Source of the DNA: Candidatus Oleincola secundus
Lineage (GTDB): Bacteria > Atribacterota > Phoenicimicrobiia > Phoenicimicrobiales > Stramentimicrobiaceae
Direction: 5' to 3'
DNA length: 27,265 nt
Assembly (NCBI GenBank): GCA_018400815.1
Contig: JAGYLS010000018.1
Span: 1-27,265, forward strand
The notes under the pieces are model-generated. The model did no database searches. It was not told the origin of the DNA and was given only the letters and a program-made list of their open reading frames with translations. Shown piece after piece: positions 1 through 9,022 of this stretch (position 1 is its first letter; each line of letters starts with the position of its first letter). The position numbers were made by a program, and so were the translations under genes.

Positions 1-2
1 GT

Positions 3-242
3 AATATAGAAAAAGCCATACTGGAATCGACGCGTGTTTCAAAAGAATATGCGATTTTCTTTGGAAGTGTTCCGATACCGGAAAGAAAATCTAATGATGC
101 TATAATAAGAGGTAAATTATTTTCGAAAGAAGAACTAAAAAATATTTTTGAAAAATTTGGCTGGGAGTTTGATTCTTTGCCAGAGATAAATGGAGCATTG
201 CTCTATTTTAAGGCAGAGAAAAGAAAACAGCAATCCAGCTAA
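3..242 (+). CDS. 3' end of a gene entering from the left; possibly a class I SAM-dependent methyltransferase C-terminus
   Basis: Open frame from position 3 to TAA 240-242: NIEKAILESTRVSKEYAIFFGSVPIPE...RGKLFSKEELKNIFEKFGWEF. This resembles the 'al.E..Rv.k.g..f...P / fs.eeL..lf...Gf' tail of methyltransferases; the SAM-binding motif would lie outside the window. Confidence 0.4.
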   Translation, partial: NIEKAILESTRVSKEYAIFFGSVPIPERKSNDAIIRGKLFSKEELKNIFEKFGWEFDSLPEINGALLYFKAEKRKQQSS

Positions 243-312
243 ACACCATATATGGATTTAACTGCAGAAGTAATAAATCAAAATATAATACAAAATGATT
301 AAGGAGTATAGC

Positions 313-765
313 ATGCTGATGGAAGAAAAAGTAAAAATAGGTATTATAATCTGTCATCGTTATCATCGTTGTGCCGGTGGTAAGTGTTTAAGGGCTATGC
401 GCAATAGGGAAGGCGCTTTTTCAATTTACCAAGACAAAGAAATAGAACTGGTCGGCTACACTACCTGTGACGGTTGTCCTGGAGGGAATATAGAATATTC
501 ACCTGAAGAGATGAAAAAAAATGGAGCCCAGATCATTCATCTTGCTACCGGGTTGATAGTCGGGTATCCTCCTTGCCCAAGAATAAAGCATTTCAAGAAA
601 TTTATAGAGCAGAAGTTTGGCTTAAAAGTAGTTATCGGAACACATCCTATCCCTCAGAATTATTATCTGGTCCATTCTAAATTGCATACCTGGGATTCTG
701 CGGGTTGGCAGAAAATTATTCAGCCTACCCTGGCTACCGAAGCTATTAGACTGGCTTATGATTGA
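313..765 (+). CDS. CGGC domain-containing protein (putative metal/Fe-S binding)
   Basis: Motifs C-x5-C-x4-C (CHRYHRCAGGKC), GAF, 'ELVGYTTCDGCPG', IHLA, PCP and terminal GTH. AAGGAG at 301-306 favours ATG 313 over ATG 295. Confidence 0.85.
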   Translation: MLMEEKVKIGIIICHRYHRCAGGKCLRAMRNREGAFSIYQDKEIELVGYTTCDGCPGGNIEYSPEEMKKNGAQIIHLATGLIVGYPPCPRIKHFKKFIEQKFGLKVVIGTHPIPQNYYLVHSKLHTWDSAGWQKIIQPTLATEAIRLAYD

Positions 766-819
766 CAGATAGGGTTTTTGCTGGATTAATAATAAATACA
801 AACTCTACTTGGATTGTGT

Positions 820-848
820 TTGACAGTGAAAATAAATAAGAGTAAAAT
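820..848 (+). promoter_or_regulatory. sigma70/sigmaA promoter for the T-box leader
   Basis: TTGACA (820-825), 17-nt spacer, TAAAAT (843-848), about 25 nt upstream of T-box stem I. Confidence 0.8.
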
Positions 849-871
849 TAAAAAAATTTGTTTCTAAATAG

Positions 872-1124
872 ATGCAAAAGAAGACAGTAAGCATGTTCTT
901 TAATATCAGAGAGCCAAGAAAAGGTGAAAATTGGCAAAAGGGATAGGCTGAAAATCACTTCTTTTATTTTTGAAGAATATAATATAAAAAAGAAAACTTA
1001 TATTTACCTAGAATGAGAGTAAGGGAAATAACCGTAATAATTATTCTCTTGCTAAATTAGGGTGGTACCACGACAACCTTCGTCCCTATTGTTAATTACT
1101 ATAGGAATGGAGGTTTTTATTTTA
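872..1124 (+). promoter_or_regulatory. T-box riboswitch (transcription antitermination), Ile specifier AUC
   Basis: Stem I base AAAAGAAG 876-883 / CTTCTTTT 958-965; AGTA 886-889; AG-bulge CAGAGA 907-912; apical stem GCCAA/TTGGC around GGTGAAA; specifier loop GAAAATCA 950-957 (ATC 954-956). Stem III at about 1018-1053. T-box AATTAGGGTGGTACCACG 1055-1072 pairs with TCGTCCCTA 1080-1088, with an overlapping terminator. Confidence 0.95.
1075..1123 (+). terminator. Intrinsic terminator of the T-box leader (mutually exclusive with the antiterminator)
   Basis: AACCTTCGTCCCTAT 1075-1089 pairs with ATAGGAATGGAGGTT 1101-1115 (one mismatch, two G-U), followed by TTTATTTT. Confidence 0.9.
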
Positions 1125-1228
1125 TCAATAAAAATTGACTGAATATCAAGGAAAGGGAGGTGAAATAACAAAAAATTTATTGAGATTCTTAAACCATTAT
1201 TAAAAACAAAAAGAAAGGTAAAGAGAAA

Positions 1229-2224
1229 ATGAGGAGATTTTTAAGTGTAATATTTGTAATTACTTTCCTGGCAGTTATTTCTTTGTCAGGATTAGCTGCT
1301 GAGGCAGCAAGAGTAGTAAAATTAACCCATGTGGTTAATGAACAGGATGCTTTTCATATATCAGCATTAAAATTTAAGGAAGTTGTGGAACAAAAGACAG
1401 ATGGTAATATTGTTGTTGAGATTCATCCCAATGCTGAATTAGGAGATGAAAGAACTTTATTGGAGGGGATGCAATTAGGAACTATTGATATGGGAGTTAT
1501 TACCAATGGTCCAATTGCTAATTTTCTACCGGAGATGGCCGTTTTCGAAATGCCATTTTTATTTGGGACTCCCGAAGAAGCTTACCATATTCTTGATGGT
1601 GAAATCGGTCAGGAAGTATTAAGCAGACTAAGTGATATTCGCATGCATGGCCTTGCATACTCAGAGCGTGGTTTCAGAAATTTAACCAATAGTGTAAGAC
1701 CTGTTAAAAAAGCAAGTGATATTGATGGGTTGAAAATTCGCTTAATGGAAAGCCCTCTATATGTTGATACTTTTAAGGCCTTAGGTGCAAATGCTGTTCC
1801 CATGGCCTGGACAGAATGTCTTACCGGACTTTCCCAGGGTACTATTGATGGTCAGGAAAATCCGATTGTCGTTGTGTATTCTTTTAAATTATTTGAATCC
1901 CAGGATTATATGACACTAGATCGACACACTTATGCTCCTGCCACTATTATGCTTAGTGATAAATTATGGCAGTCACTGACACCTGAAGAACAGTCTGTTT
2001 TTAAGGAAGCAGCTAAACTAGGTGGACAGGCAGCCAGGGATTATAATAATGATAACGAAGCTGAACAGTTACAATTTATCAAGGATCAGGGTATGGTTGT
2101 AGAAGAAAATCCGGAGCTTGATACTTTCAGGGATGCTGTAAAGCCTGTTTACGAGAAATACGGGCCCCAATTTGGTGGTCTTTTAGAGGATATTCAAGAA
2201 GCCTTGGCAGAATTTCGTAGTTAA
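1229..2224 (+). CDS. dctP: TRAP transporter substrate-binding protein, DctP family
   Basis: Signal peptide; LGDERTLLEGMQLGTID, GFRN, GLKIR (carboxylate-binding Arg), LGANAVPMAW and IDGQENP motifs; followed by small and large permease genes. Confidence 0.95.
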   Translation: MRRFLSVIFVITFLAVISLSGLAAEAARVVKLTHVVNEQDAFHISALKFKEVVEQKTDGNIVVEIHPNAELGDERTLLEGMQLGTIDMGVITNGPIANFLPEMAVFEMPFLFGTPEEAYHILDGEIGQEVLSRLSDIRMHGLAYSERGFRNLTNSVRPVKKASDIDGLKIRLMESPLYVDTFKALGANAVPMAWTECLTGLSQGTIDGQENPIVVVYSFKLFESQDYMTLDRHTYAPATIMLSDKLWQSLTPEEQSVFKEAAKLGGQAARDYNNDNEAEQLQFIKDQGMVVEENPELDTFRDAVKPVYEKYGPQFGGLLEDIQEALAEFRS

Positions 2225-2247
2225 TTTATGTTTTTTATTGTTAAAGT

Positions 2248-2290
2248 GATAGTCTTGCAGTCTTAACTGAATTCATGCTGCAAGACTATC
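2248..2290 (+). other. Intercistronic hairpin after dctP (likely mRNA stabiliser or partial attenuator)
   Basis: Perfect 13-bp inverted repeat GATAGTCTTGCAG 2248-2260 / CTGCAAGACTATC 2278-2290, 17-nt loop, no adjacent U-tract on the + strand. Confidence 0.7.
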
Positions 2291-2313
2291 GAATGTTTAT
2301 ATAAGGATTTAAA

Positions 2314-2814
2314 ATGGGAAAAGTTTATTTTCAATTTAAAAGAATAAGTGAAGGTTTAAATGACTTTATTAAAGCCTTAACTGGCATTATGTTAATAATT
2401 ATGACTATTGTAGTTACTATTCAAATTATTTTCAGAATTTTTTTTAGTGCTCTCTCTTATACTGAAGAAATGTCTAGATATTTATTAGTGTGGAGTAGTT
2501 TATTCGCTGCTAGTGTGGCATACAAACAAGGGTCACATATTGCAGTTACTTTTTTGGTTGAGCAATTTAAGGGAAAATTAAGGACAATAATGGCGATTAT
2601 CATAAACTTACTATCTATAATATTTTTTATTATTGCAATACATTATGGATCACAGCTGATTAGTATGCAAGTATTCCAAACCTCTCCGGCTCTCTTGATC
2701 CCAATGCGCTATGTTTATTTGTGCATACCCATAAGCTTTTCAGTCATGCTTTTCCATGGCCTGGTAATGCTTTGGGGAGAGTCAATTCAGTTATTAAAGG
2801 GAGTAAAATTATGA
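2314..2814 (+). CDS. dctQ: TRAP transporter small permease DctQ
   Basis: 166 aa, four hydrophobic segments, QIIFR...TEEMSRYLLVW, HIAV and SPAL.IPM motifs. Confidence 0.93.
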   Translation: MGKVYFQFKRISEGLNDFIKALTGIMLIIMTIVVTIQIIFRIFFSALSYTEEMSRYLLVWSSLFAASVAYKQGSHIAVTFLVEQFKGKLRTIMAIIINLLSIIFFIIAIHYGSQLISMQVFQTSPALLIPMRYVYLCIPISFSVMLFHGLVMLWGESIQLLKGVKL

Positions 2815-4073
2815 TTGCAATTTTATTATTTTTTTCATTTATTTTTCTTATATTAATGGGTATACCTGTAGCTATTTCGGTTGGACTATCCTCAATTATA
2901 GTTTTGGCGATTGGGGATGTATCTTTAGTACTTTTTCCTCAAAGGCTTTTCGCAGGAATTGACTCATTTCCTTTAATTGCAGTACCCTTTTTCATCTTAG
3001 CAGGTGATTTAATGGCTGAGGGCAAAATGTCAAAATTAATTGTCAATTTTGCGGAAACTATTTTTGGATTTATGCGTGGTGGCTTATGGATTATCAGTGT
3101 TATGGCTTCTGCTTTTTTTGCAGCTATCTCCGGTTCCGGTGGTGCTACAACTGCAGCTATTGGTACACCCTTGATCCCTGAATTAAAAAGTCGCAATTAT
3201 GACCCTGAATTTTCAGCAGCGCTTATTGCCTGTTCCGGTGGCATTGGAGTAGTCATTCCGCCTTCAGTCCCCATGGTGCTTTATGCATTAATCGCCAATG
3301 AATCAATTGCGAGATTATTTCTAAATGGTTTTATTCCCGGGATGATGATGGCTGCAGCTCTTATTTTTATGGCTTTACGTAAAGCTAATAAAGAAAATTA
3401 CCCTAGAGGGAACAAGGTTGCTATGAATCAAATAATCTCTAGTTTTAAATCTTCAATTTGGGGACTGATGACACCCATTATTATTTTGGGGGGCATATTT
3501 TCCGGGTACTTTACACCATCCGAGGCAGCTGTTATCGCAGTAGATTGGGCATTGTTTGTTTCTCTCTTTATTTATCGTGATAAAAATTTAAAGGATATTT
3601 TTAGAATATTTACAAAGTCAGTTACTACCTCTTCTTTAATTATGTTATTAATTGGTACAGCCCAGGTTTTTAGCTGGGTTTTAGCCAATTGGAATATTCC
3701 TGTTATGATTACAACTGCGATATTGTCTATATCTGATAATAGATATATCATATTGTTATTTGTAAATATTATTCTTTTGATTGCCGGAGTATTTATGGAA
3801 ACAGCATCAATTGTTATTATATTAACACCTATATTTTTAGGATTGATGACTCAAATTGGAGTTGACCCTATTCATTTTGGCATTATTATGACCATTGCCT
3901 TAGCCATTGGTATGTCAACACCACCGGTTGCCATTAATTTATATATAGCGAGCAGTATTTCCGGCTATTCGATTGAAAAAATTAGCCGGCAAGCTTTACC
4001 ACTAATATTGATACTGATTATGGTTTTATTGCTTGTTACCTATTTGCCATTATTTATTCCGTTAATATTTTAG
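2811..4073 (+). CDS. dctM: TRAP transporter large permease DctM
   Basis: DSFPLIAVPFFILAG, FFAAISGS, GVVIPPSVPM, GYFTPSEAA, GVDPIHFG and TPPV motifs. The likely start ATG 2811 overlaps the dctQ TGA (ATGA), with SD AGGGAG upstream; the ORF-track start at 2721 is an artefact. Confidence 0.95.
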   Translation: MIAILLFFSFIFLILMGIPVAISVGLSSIIVLAIGDVSLVLFPQRLFAGIDSFPLIAVPFFILAGDLMAEGKMSKLIVNFAETIFGFMRGGLWIISVMASAFFAAISGSGGATTAAIGTPLIPELKSRNYDPEFSAALIACSGGIGVVIPPSVPMVLYALIANESIARLFLNGFIPGMMMAAALIFMALRKANKENYPRGNKVAMNQIISSFKSSIWGLMTPIIILGGIFSGYFTPSEAAVIAVDWALFVSLFIYRDKNLKDIFRIFTKSVTTSSLIMLLIGTAQVFSWVLANWNIPVMITTAILSISDNRYIILLFVNIILLIAGVFMETASIVIILTPIFLGLMTQIGVDPIHFGIIMTIALAIGMSTPPVAINLYIASSISGYSIEKISRQALPLILILIMVLLLVTYLPLFIPLIF

Positions 4074-4185
4074 AAAAATTTAAATGATGATAGTAGATGA
4101 TTAAAAGATTAATAAGGGTAAAATAGTTTATAAAAAGCTGAACTGATTAGATTAATATAAAATATAATAAAGGAAGGATAAAAAT

Positions 4186-5859
4186 ATGGAAAAGAACAGT
4201 AATATTGTAATGAAAGGAGCAAATCGTGCTCCTCATCGTTCTTTGTTTTATGCTATGGGATATACAAAGGAAGATTTAGAAAAACCCAATATTGGTGTGG
4301 TTAATGCTTTTAATGAGATTATTCCCGGGCATATTCAACTTAATGATATTGCGCAGGCAGTAAAAATTGGCGTTTCTGCAGCCGGGGGGATACCTATGGA
4401 ATTTCCTGCTATCGGTATTTGTGATGGCATTGCTATGAACCACCAGGGAATGAAATATCCATTGGCTAGCAGAGAACTTATTGCTGACTCTATTGAGGCA
4501 GTTGCAATGGCCCATCGTTTTGATGGTTTGGTGCTGGTAGCAAATTGTGACAAAATTGTTCCGGGAATGTTAATGGCTGCCGGTCGTTTGAATATTCCGG
4601 CAATTTATGTTAGTGGCGGACCTATGCTTGCAGGACAACATGCCGGGCAGGATGTTGATTTGTCTACTATGTTTGAAGCTGTAGGAAAATATAATCAGAA
4701 AAAGATGAGTGAAGAGGAATTGACTGAATTAGAAAACTGTGCCTGCCCTACAGCCGGTAGCTGTTCCGGTTTGTTTACAGCAAATTCCATGAACTGTCTA
4801 TCTGAGGCCTTAGGTATGGCCTTGCCCGGTAATGGTACAATCCCCATAGGATATGGTGCCAGGAAACAATTAGCCAACCAGGCAGGGAAAGCGATTATGA
4901 ATCTTGTCAAAAAACAGATTAAACCCAGAGATATTATGACCGCTAATGCTTTTGAAAATGCTATTGCTCTTGACTTGGCTATGGCCGGCTCAACAAATAC
5001 AGTATTACATTTATTGGCCATTGCTCATGAAGCAGGAATTAACCTGGAATTAAAAACATTTGACAAGTTAAGTCGTATTGTTCCGATTTTAACGAAAATA
5101 TCACCTTCCAGTTCTTTACATGTTACTGATTTATATTTTGCAGGAGGTATTCAGGCAATCTTAAAGGAATTAGCAGAGGCAAAACTTATTCATACTGATG
5201 AAATGACTGTTAGTGGTCGAAACATGGGTCAGAATATTGCATCAGCTAAAATAAAAAATAGTGAAGTTATCAAGAAAAATAATGATCCATACAGCAAGGA
5301 AAGTGGTATTGCAGTATTATATGGTAACCTGGCTCCGGAAGGTGGAGTTGTTAAGGTATCTGCGGTCAGTAAAAAAATGTATGCCTTTGAAGGACCGGCA
5401 AGAGTATTTAACTCTGAAGAAGAAGCATACCAGGCAATAATGGATGGAGAAATTAAAAAAGGTGATGTTGTAGTAATCAGGTATGAAGGACCAAAGGGTG
5501 GTCCGGGAATGCGTGAAATGCTGGCACCTACTTCAGCCCTCTGTGGTATGGAATTGGATAATGATGTTGCTCTTCTTACTGATGGACGTTTTTCAGGGGC
5601 AACAAGGGGTGCAGCAATTGGACATGTTTCACCAGAGGCAGCGGAAAAGGGACCTATTGGGATGATTGAAGATGGGGATATGATTAAGATTGATATTTCC
5701 AATAGGGAATTGTCAGTAAAACTCACCGAAGAAGAATTAAAAAAACGTGAATCACAATGGTCTTTACCGGAAAGAAATATTCCTTCAAATTATTACTTAA
5801 GACGATATGCTTATCTAGTCACTTCTGCTAGTACCGGTGCTGTTTTTAGAGAAGTATAA
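4186..5859 (+). CDS. ilvD: Dihydroxy-acid dehydratase
   Basis: [85 protein letters not shown] and TDGRFSG...IGHVSPEAA are IlvD-clade signatures. Confidence 0.95.
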   Translation: MEKNSNIVMKGANRAPHRSLFYAMGYTKEDLEKPNIGVVNAFNEIIPGHIQLNDIAQAVKIGVSAAGGIPMEFPAIGICDGIAMNHQGMKYPLASRELIADSIEAVAMAHRFDGLVLVANCDKIVPGMLMAAGRLNIPAIYVSGGPMLAGQHAGQDVDLSTMFEAVGKYNQKKMSEEELTELENCACPTAGSCSGLFTANSMNCLSEALGMALPGNGTIPIGYGARKQLANQAGKAIMNLVKKQIKPRDIMTANAFENAIALDLAMAGSTNTVLHLLAIAHEAGINLELKTFDKLSRIVPILTKISPSSSLHVTDLYFAGGIQAILKELAEAKLIHTDEMTVSGRNMGQNIASAKIKNSEVIKKNNDPYSKESGIAVLYGNLAPEGGVVKVSAVSKKMYAFEGPARVFNSEEEAYQAIMDGEIKKGDVVVIRYEGPKGGPGMREMLAPTSALCGMELDNDVALLTDGRFSGATRGAAIGHVSPEAAEKGPIGMIEDGDMIKIDISNRELSVKLTEEELKKRESQWSLPERNIPSNYYLRRYAYLVTSASTGAVFREV

Positions 5860-5867
5860 TTATAAGA

Positions 5868-5907
5868 TTAGTATATTCAAGGGGAATTTTCTCCTTGAAT
5901 ATACTAA
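5868..5907 (+). terminator. Long hairpin immediately after ilvD (probable 3' end of the operon)
   Basis: TTAGTATATTCAAGGGGA 5868-5885 / TCTCCTTGAATATACTAA 5890-5907 (18 bp, one G-U); no classical U-tract. Confidence 0.6.
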
Positions 5908-6025
5908 GAACAGTTAATACCAGGATTGTTACTCTTTGGGATAGAAAAAAAGATAAAAGGATAGTAAAGTAATTAGCTAATATAATATCATAAATTGAAA
6001 ATTTATTTCAGTATTAAAGGGGATC

Positions 6026-6051
6026 TCAAGGGGAATTTTCCCCTTGAATAT
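6026..6051. repeat. Second copy of the palindromic element TCAAGGGGAATTTTCYCCTTGAATAT
   Basis: 25/26 identical to 5877-5902; lies just past the stop codon of the convergent minus-strand gene. Confidence 0.8.
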
Positions 6052-6054
6052 CTC

Positions 6055-6879
6055 TCAAATATAAATTTCCGGTTCTTTTCTTTTTTTACCCAGTTGTTTC
6101 AGTGCAGTTTTGACAAGGACCGGTTTTTTATATATTATTTTTCGAGCATTGTTAGGACAAAGTTTTACACAGGCGAAACAACGAATACAAAGTTTGTCGC
6201 GACTTTTAAGAGTCTCCGGGTCAATGGCATTAACCGGGCAAAGTTCAAGACATTTTTTACACTTTTTACAGAGATTCGGATCGATAATCGGAGAATGAGC
6301 AAATGCCAATTCACTATGTCGGGGTAGCAATTTGCCCATGGCACGTAATTCACCTTTAATATTAAGTTCCGGGAGGTTTTCTATTTTTTCTATATTTTTA
6401 ATTTTTCGAGAGATTTGTATACCTAGAAGTTCGGCTTTTTCCATATCCTTACTATCTGGCCTTCCAGAGGCTATTTTAATTTCTTCATGAGAAAAAGAAT
6501 GTTCGCCAATAAAAGAAGCTGCGGCAATTATTTTAAATCCTTGATTTCTCATCATCTTATTTAATTGTTTCAGAGCAATTCCGGCACTGACATTTCCATA
6601 AGTAACCACTAGAATCATTGGATGTCCGCCACCTCTGACCTTAGTAAGAACCGGGTATAATAAGTCTGGTATTCTTTCTTCATAGACTGGTATTCCCAGA
6701 ATTATAGCTTCATCGGGTTGAATATTGAATTTAAAATTATGACGTTCAGTTAGAGTGCTAATATTTATAGTTCTTTGTTCGGGTACTCCCCAACTTTTTG
6801 CGATAGTATAGACGATTTTTTCAGTGGAATGTGTCGGAGAAAAGTACATATTTACCAATCTATCAATAATCAATTGCAT
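6055..6879 (-). CDS. EFR1-family flavodoxin-ferredoxin fusion (N-terminal flavodoxin-like, C-terminal 2x[4Fe-4S])
   Basis: YFSPTHST, GIPVY, VVTYGN, AAASFIGEHSF and GRPD motifs; two CxxCxxCxxxCP motifs (CKKCKKCLELCP, CIRCFACVKLCP). Confidence 0.88.
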   Translation of the reverse strand: MQLIIDRLVNMYFSPTHSTEKIVYTIAKSWGVPEQRTINISTLTERHNFKFNIQPDEAIILGIPVYEERIPDLLYPVLTKVRGGGHPMILVVTYGNVSAGIALKQLNKMMRNQGFKIIAAASFIGEHSFSHEEIKIASGRPDSKDMEKAELLGIQISRKIKNIEKIENLPELNIKGELRAMGKLLPRHSELAFAHSPIIDPNLCKKCKKCLELCPVNAIDPETLKSRDKLCIRCFACVKLCPNNARKIIYKKPVLVKTALKQLGKKRKEPEIYI

Positions 6880-7184
6880 GCTCCTTTTAAATTTATAATA
6901 AGCCTAATATAATAAAAAAGAATAGGCACCCTGAAACCTCACTTTTTATATTTTAATGCAGCCCACAATTTTAGACAAGAGAAATATTAAAATATTATAA
7001 AAACATTTTCTTAATTCAACCATTCGGAAAAATAATTGGAAAATTTCTTCAAAATTATTGTTATAGCTTAACAGCATAATTTTTGTTACAATTAATTCAG
7101 GGGAAAAAATATAAATGCAAGCCAGCAAGAAGAAAAAAATATCTTAAATATTTAATAGGGAAAAATAGATAAAAGGAGTTAGCC

Positions 7185-7733
7185 ATGTTATCTTTAATTA
7201 AACAAAGAAGAAGTATTAGAATTTTTCAAGATAGAAAAGTAGAAAAGACAAAGATTGATCAAATTGTCCAGGCTGCCTTGTTATCCCCATCTTCGAAGAA
7301 TAATAATCCCTGGAAATTTATACTTGTAGATGACAAGGAAGTATTAGTGGAATTATCTGATGCCAAGGAGGGTGGTTCCCAGTTTTTAGCTAAGGCTCCT
7401 CTCTCTGTTGTTGTGCTAGCAGACCCCGAGCAATCCGATGTCTGGATTGAAGATGCTTCGATTGCGACTACCATGCTTATATTGGCTGCACAGAATCTGG
7501 AACTGGGCAGCTGCTGGATTCAGATTAGAGAAAGAAAACATTCTGAGAGAGTTAGTTCTGAAGAATTTATAAAAAAATTACTTGGAATCCCAAAGAATTT
7601 AAGAGTTTTATGCATGGTAGTAATTGGTTATCCTGATGAGGAAAAATCTGAAAAACAAATAGAAGAAAGAAAATTGGATGATATTTACCAGAATCACTTT
7701 GGTAATAAAATGAGAATTAGCAATATTTATTAA
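7185..7733 (+). CDS. Nitroreductase family protein
   Basis: RRSIR, SPSSKNNNPWKF, LGSCWIQ and IGYPDE motifs; SD AAGGAG. Confidence 0.93.
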   Translation: MLSLIKQRRSIRIFQDRKVEKTKIDQIVQAALLSPSSKNNNPWKFILVDDKEVLVELSDAKEGGSQFLAKAPLSVVVLADPEQSDVWIEDASIATTMLILAAQNLELGSCWIQIRERKHSERVSSEEFIKKLLGIPKNLRVLCMVVIGYPDEEKSEKQIEERKLDDIYQNHFGNKMRISNIY

Positions 7734-7749
7734 TAGGCAGGTAATTGGC

Positions 7750-9003
7750 ATGAAAGAAAAAATTGCCCTTGTTTTGGAAAGTGGCGGAGCAAAAGGTTCT
7801 TATGAAATTGGTGCCTGCAAAGCTTTGGAAGAAATGGGTGTAAAGATAACTGCGGTAACCGGGACCTCGGTTGGTGCTTTGAATGGTGTAATGGTGGCAC
7901 AACAGGAAATTGATAAAGCATATCAGATGTGGTATGATATACGCCCTTCAAAAGTTATGAAAATTGATGAAAAAAGATTACAACAACTTTCTCGATTAGA
8001 AATCAAGCCTGGTGATATGCGATATTATATCAAAATGATCGGAGAAATTATTACTGAAGGCGGAATTGATGTTAGCCCTCTAAAAAAATTGATTAAAGAA
8101 TATGTGGATGAAGATAAGTTAAGAAAGTCAGATATTGATTTTGGTATGGTTACTGTTTCCTTTACCGACCGGAAGGCTCTGGAATTATTTGTTGAGGATA
8201 TTCCTGAAGGTCAGGTTGCTGATTACCTTTTTGCCAGTGCCAATTTTCCTCTGTTTCGCTCGGCCAAAATTGGTGATAAAATTTATATGGATGGTGGTAT
8301 CTATGATAGTTTGCCTATACGGATGCTCCTGGAAAAGGGTTATAAATCGTTTATTACTGTCCGTGTTGGGGGTATGGGGAGAAAAAGAAAGGTTAATTTA
8401 GAGGGATGCAAGGTAATTAATATTGAAGCAAAAGAGGCTTTAGCTGGCCCATTGGATTTTAGCTCTGAAAAAGCAAGGGAAAGTTTGAAGTTAGGCTATT
8501 TTGATGCTTATCGAGTATTGAAAAGTCTATCAGGTCAATATTATTATATTGATCTTGAACATCAGGAGGATTATTTTGTAGATTATTTTAGTCATCTAGA
8601 TTCTGATATTATTTTAAAAGTAGCCCAGACTCTCAATCTTAAAGATAATATTCCTCATCGTCGCTTACTGTTTGAGAGGGTATTGCCTAAATTAGCAGAG
8701 GTATTGAAATTATCTGATGACTGCAGTTATCAGGATATTGCTATTGCTCTGGCAGAAAAGATTGCTATAGAAGTAGGGGTGGAGCGGTTTCGATTTTATT
8801 CCTTTGCAGAGCTGATTGATAGTATTATTAAGAAGTATGGTAAACATAAAAAGAAAACCTCCACAGAAGAAAAAAGTTTAATTTCTCATTTTGGATTTTT
8901 GTCTTTATTTATCGGAGATCATGTTTTAAAAAAATTAGTTCAGGATTTGTTGGATGAAAAATTAATTAAATCACTGAAAGATGAACAAGAATCGACAAGA
9001 TAA
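7750..9003 (+). CDS. Patatin-like phospholipase/esterase with C-terminal extension
   Basis: LVLESGGAKG Gly-rich loop, GTSVG nucleophile elbow, ASANFP and DGG catalytic Asp. Confidence 0.9.
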   Translation: MKEKIALVLESGGAKGSYEIGACKALEEMGVKITAVTGTSVGALNGVMVAQQEIDKAYQMWYDIRPSKVMKIDEKRLQQLSRLEIKPGDMRYYIKMIGEIITEGGIDVSPLKKLIKEYVDEDKLRKSDIDFGMVTVSFTDRKALELFVEDIPEGQVADYLFASANFPLFRSAKIGDKIYMDGGIYDSLPIRMLLEKGYKSFITVRVGGMGRKRKVNLEGCKVINIEAKEALAGPLDFSSEKARESLKLGYFDAYRVLKSLSGQYYYIDLEHQEDYFVDYFSHLDSDIILKVAQTLNLKDNIPHRRLLFERVLPKLAEVLKLSDDCSYQDIAIALAEKIAIEVGVERFRFYSFAELIDSIIKKYGKHKKKTSTEEKSLISHFGFLSLFIGDHVLKKLVQDLLDEKLIKSLKDEQESTR

Positions 9004-9022
9004 AAAAAGGAGGTAATATTAT

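Noticed and set aside
2721..2810. N-terminal extension of DctM in the ORF track
   Set aside because: It overlaps dctQ by 94 nt and is not DctM-like; ATG 2811 has an SD and an ATGA coupling.
4186..5859. IlvD/EDD-family sugar-acid dehydratase interpretation (would fit a TRAP sugar-acid locus)
   Set aside because: The sequence has IlvD-clade motifs ([20 protein letters not shown]), there is no aldolase, kinase or sugar regulator nearby, and the leader is an Ile T-box. Promiscuous activity is not excluded.
5877..6051. Possible CRISPR mini-array from the twin palindromes
   Set aside because: Only two copies, a 123-nt gap (too long for a spacer) and no cas genes.
7750..9003. Patatin as an anti-phage effector (CBASS CapV-like)
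   Set aside because: No cyclase or other defence genes adjacent; the context is metabolic.
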